Source: Candidatus Bathyarchaeota archaeon (GTDB lineage: Archaea; Thermoproteota; Bathyarchaeia; Bathyarchaeales; Bathycorpusculaceae). Taken from it: a stretch of DNA of 64,000 bases. Under the pieces are notes generated by a model that was not told the DNA's origin, did no database searches, and worked only from the letters and a program-made list of their open reading frames with translations. Of this stretch, positions 61,091 to 64,000 are shown one piece after another. Where the stretch lies: the NCBI GenBank assembly GCA_963833575.1, contig CAWHXY010000004.1, positions 1,088,001-1,152,000 on the forward strand, written 5' to 3'. Made by a program: the position numbers and the translations under genes. Each line of letters begins with the position of its first letter. The first letter of the stretch is position 1.

Positions 61091-61210
61091 GGAGGCTTGG
61101 CGGATCGCTCATGTTAATCCAAGTCGCGAACCAAAATGAGACCTGATTTCTCAGGCTGTGGCGATTCGCGTCCCGTTTAACGGCTGACCAGCCAAGCATG
61201 GGTGTACCTC
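61091..61210. ncRNA. Candidate structured non-coding RNA, family not recognised
   Basis: Nested helices GCTTGGC/GCCAAGC, GGAT/ATCC, CGCGAA/TTCGCG, CCTGA/TCAGG, CCGT/ACGG; possible CTCAT/ATGAG pseudoknot; no ORF. Confidence 0.55.
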
Positions 61211-61359
61211 TTGGATGGCTATTTCTCGCAAATTAACAACTCGTTACCAAGTATAAATGGAATTGTGGTTGTATTGAGTCAACAACAAGCATGCAAGCTT
61301 TAGTTTGGATTTAAAGTCAAAAGTGTTAAATGATTAGGAAGGAGCGCTTACTTCCAGGA

Positions 61360-61575
61360 TTATGCGGATATTACTTCTTCTTGTTCTTCCAAAACTAAGG
61401 GCATAATTCTTATTTGATCATTTTCAGGTAGCTTATACTTAGTTTTGCTCGTCCTCTTTTCTTCCCCAATGCAGGACATACAGAATCCCATCAAGAAAAT
61501 GCACATTAACAATGGAAGAAGCATAATCGTTAAGCCTTTGCTTCTTTTACGAGTTTGAGCTATCAAACTTTGCAC
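61360..61575 (-). CDS. Small single-TM hypothetical protein
   Basis: One hydrophobic segment followed by charged tail; start uncertain. Confidence 0.35.
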   Translation of the reverse strand: MQSLIAQTRKRSKGLTIMLLPLLMCIFLMGFCMSCIGEEKRTSKTKYKLPENDQIRIMPLVLEEQEEVISA

Positions 61576-61704
61576 CTGGTTCCTCTTTCTGTTGATAGCG
61601 TTAAAAGCTTTGATTATTGAAAATATAGATTCAAAATCACTATTCGATGTGACAAGAAGTAAATAAGAAAAGAAACAGGTAAGACTCTTTGACTGGTCTG
61701 GATT

Positions 61705-63999
61705 TTAACTTTCAGTTTTTTTCTGGGGCTCAGAGGTAGCATATTGGTTGAGTTTGTTTGCCATGTCTTTGAGTTGCTTGTCAACAAGATAGTTTACTGT
61801 GCCTTCCTCAAAAGTTCCGTCTGATTTTCTTGAGCCGGCTTTTGTTCCTGTAAGAAATTCTATCCCTTCGTCAATTGTTCTAACTGCGTAAATATTGAAT
61901 TTTCCTGTTTTTGCAGCTTCTACGACTTCTTCTTTCAGCATTAGGTTTTGCACGTTACTTTCAGGTATCATTACTCCTTGTTGTCCAGTAAGCCCTTTTA
62001 GCTTGCAGACTTCAAAGAATCCTTCGATTTTTTCATTTACTCCGCCTATCGCTTGCACTTCTCCCTTCTGGTTAACTGAGCCGGTAACAGCTATATTCTG
62101 CCTAATCGGAAGTTCAGAAAGCGCGGATAAGATCGAGTATAATTCAGTACTTGAGGCGCTGTCACCTTCCACACCTTCGTAATTCTGTTCAAAAACTATT
62201 CTGGCGGAAAGACTCAGTGGCTTATCTCTCGCGTATTTATCGTTTAAAAACCCGCCAAGAATCAAAACCCCTTTCGTATGCATGGGTCCACCCATCTTTG
62301 CTTCTCTTTCAATATCGATAACGCCTCCTCTTCCCAACCCTATGCTTGCTGTTACGCGTGAAGGGTTGCCAAAGGCAAAATCGCCAAGACCCATAACAGA
62401 TAAGCCGTTCACTTGCCCGATGCTTTGGTCTACCGTGTCAATTAAGAAGAAGCCGCGTTTTATCATTTCCTGGATTTTTTCTTGGATGAGTTTTGATCGA
62501 TAAACTTTTTCTTCTATGGCCTTTTTAATATGCTCTCCGCTTATAAACTCAGCATTATCTTTTACTGCATAAAAGTTAGCTTCGCGAATTATATCTGCAA
62601 TGTGTGAGAATTGAATCGATAGTTTGTATTGGTCGTCCGCAACTCTTGAACTGTATTCAACTAGTTTCGCTATTCCTGTACCGTCAAGGTGTTTAAGATT
62701 TTCTTTTTCGCAGATTGAGCAAACCCAAGCGGCATACTGATTCACTTTATCTTCGGTTCTATCCATTACCGTGTCAAATTCTGCTTTTATCTTGAAAAGC
62801 TCTCTGAAATCAGTGTCTAATTGGAACATCATTTGATAAATGTAGGGATCTCCAATGAGGATTATTTTGGTTGACAAAGGAATTGGTTGAGGTTTAAGGG
62901 TTTTAACGCTCAGAAAACCGTAGCGTTCTTCTGGTTCCTCGATAACTATGTTTTCGTCTCTGAGATCTCGTTTCAAACCGTCGTATGAGAACGGGTTTCT
63001 TAACAGCTCTTCAACTGGAATAATCAAGTATCCGCCATTGGCTTTATGTAAAGCGCCAGCTCGAATCATGGAGAAATCAGTGGTTAAAGCGCCAAATTGG
63101 GCTTCTTTTTCTGTTCTCCCAAGCAGATTATGGTAAGTGGGATTGCCCTCCACAATTACAGGTGCGCCTTTTGTTTCAGAGTTATCAATAATGACATTAA
63201 CCTCATATTTCTTGTAGGGATCTTCTTTCATCCAAGGCATGGCGAATGGAAACTGTTCTTGAGATTCGCCTCCCCCTCTTTTCACGAATTGACTCAAATT
63301 ATCCAAAATATCGTTCTCAATAGCCTTTAGGTAAGCTGTTACCTCAGGAGTGCCTCGGTGCTTTTCGTTCATGCTTTCTTCTTGGTTGCCGATAGCGTAA
63401 AGAGCAACTTCTTTGTTTAGGTTCTTTAACGCTTCGTGGATTTTTCGCTCCATATCTATGAGTTGTCGCATTGTATTTCGGAATTCTGTTTCCAACCCTT
63501 CTCTTTTTTCTTGAAGTTTATCTTTAGTTTTTTGAGGCAATGCTAACATTTCTTCTTCGCTGAGCGGTTTGCTGTCTAACACAGGAATAAGAAGCAGTCC
63601 GATAGGCGTAGTTTGGATTACGAAACCTTCCCTTTGGGCCTTGATGCTTAATTCGTCAATCAACTGTTTTCTCTGTGTCTCCAATACTCGAAGTGTAGAT
63701 TCTCTTTTGGCAGCATAATCTTCGCTTTCAAAAGCCTTAGGCAAAGCGTTCTTTATATTTTCAATAAAATTCTTCATGTCCTCGCGAAATTCTTTTCCTT
63801 TTCCAGGTGGGAACTGAATAGCTTTTGGTTCGTACTGATTAGCGAAATTGTTGACGTAGCACCAGTCAGGTGGAACTGGCTGGATTTTAGCTTGTGCTTC
63901 TACAAAGTTTTTCACCGCGGTTTTTCGTCCTGTTCCAGGGTAACCTGCTACATACACATTAAATCCGTGGTTCTTAATGCCAAGACCGAATTTTAACGC
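61705..63999 (-). CDS. Lon-like (S16) protease with AAA-like domain, 5'-truncated by window edge
   Basis: Frame open to window end (ALKFGLGIKNHGFNVYVAGYPGTGRKT); GQVNGL, EGDSAS catalytic Ser, GGVNEKIEGF. Confidence 0.92.
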   Translation of the reverse strand, partial: ALKFGLGIKNHGFNVYVAGYPGTGRKTAVKNFVEAQAKIQPVPPDWCYVNNFANQYEPKAIQFPPGKGKEFREDMKNFIENIKNALPKAFESEDYAAKRESTLRVLETQRKQLIDELSIKAQREGFVIQTTPIGLLLIPVLDSKPLSEEEMLALPQKTKDKLQEKREGLETEFRNTMRQLIDMERKIHEALKNLNKEVALYAIGNQEESMNEKHRGTPEVTAYLKAIENDILDNLSQFVKRGGGESQEQFPFAMPWMKEDPYKKYEVNVIIDNSETKGAPVIVEGNPTYHNLLGRTEKEAQFGALTTDFSMIRAGALHKANGGYLIIPVEELLRNPFSYDGLKRDLRDENIVIEEPEERYGFLSVKTLKPQPIPLSTKIILIGDPYIYQMMFQLDTDFRELFKIKAEFDTVMDRTEDKVNQYAAWVCSICEKENLKHLDGTGIAKLVEYSSRVADDQYKLSIQFSHIADIIREANFYAVKDNAEFISGEHIKKAIEEKVYRSKLIQEKIQEMIKRGFFLIDTVDQSIGQVNGLSVMGLGDFAFGNPSRVTASIGLGRGGVIDIEREAKMGGPMHTKGVLILGGFLNDKYARDKPLSLSARIVFEQNYEGVEGDSASSTELYSILSALSELPIRQNIAVTGSVNQKGEVQAIGGVNEKIEGFFEVCKLKGLTGQQGVMIPESNVQNLMLKEEVVEAAKTGKFNIYAVRTIDEGIEFLTGTKAGSRKSDGTFEEGTVNYLVDKQLKDMANKLNQYATSEPQKKTES

Positions 64000-64000
64000 T

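Noticed and set aside
61091-61210. TPP, FMN or fluoride riboswitch identity for the structured element
   Set aside because: Only isolated words (UGAGA, CCUGAU, GGCGAU) match; order, spacing and gene context do not fit.

Overview
Gene-dense, moderately AT-rich archaeal chromosome segment. Gene content and order point to a TACK archaeon, most likely Bathyarchaeia (inference). Housekeeping content: late cobamide genes (cobT-cobS-cobY), an ECF transporter module, prefoldin beta, Sua5, thermosome, ThyA, two MoeA, agmatinase, N-glycosylation genes (AglB, AglH-like, OSTC/OST3-like), PolB1, topoisomerase IA, CarS, XPD, Nth, the proteasome-exosome superoperon (psmA-SBDS-rrp4-rrp41-rrp42-rpl37ae ... 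pcc1), the rps13-rpoN cluster, a split glutamate synthase operon, an intron-containing tRNA-Glu(CTC) and a partial Lon-like protease. The most unusual signals are outside the ORF track: two separate 7 x 10-bp helically phased arrays abutting TATA-like boxes (one directly upstream of an AbrB-like gene), a compact multi-stem candidate ncRNA at 61.1 kb, several unannotated microproteins (C2H2 zinc finger, Zn ribbon, possible leader peptide), a non-canonical rps11 start, and a small island plus an apparently decayed rpl37ae copy interrupting the exosome superoperon. No CRISPR array, rRNA, transposase or integrase was seen. All family calls come from motif recognition by eye; no searches were run.
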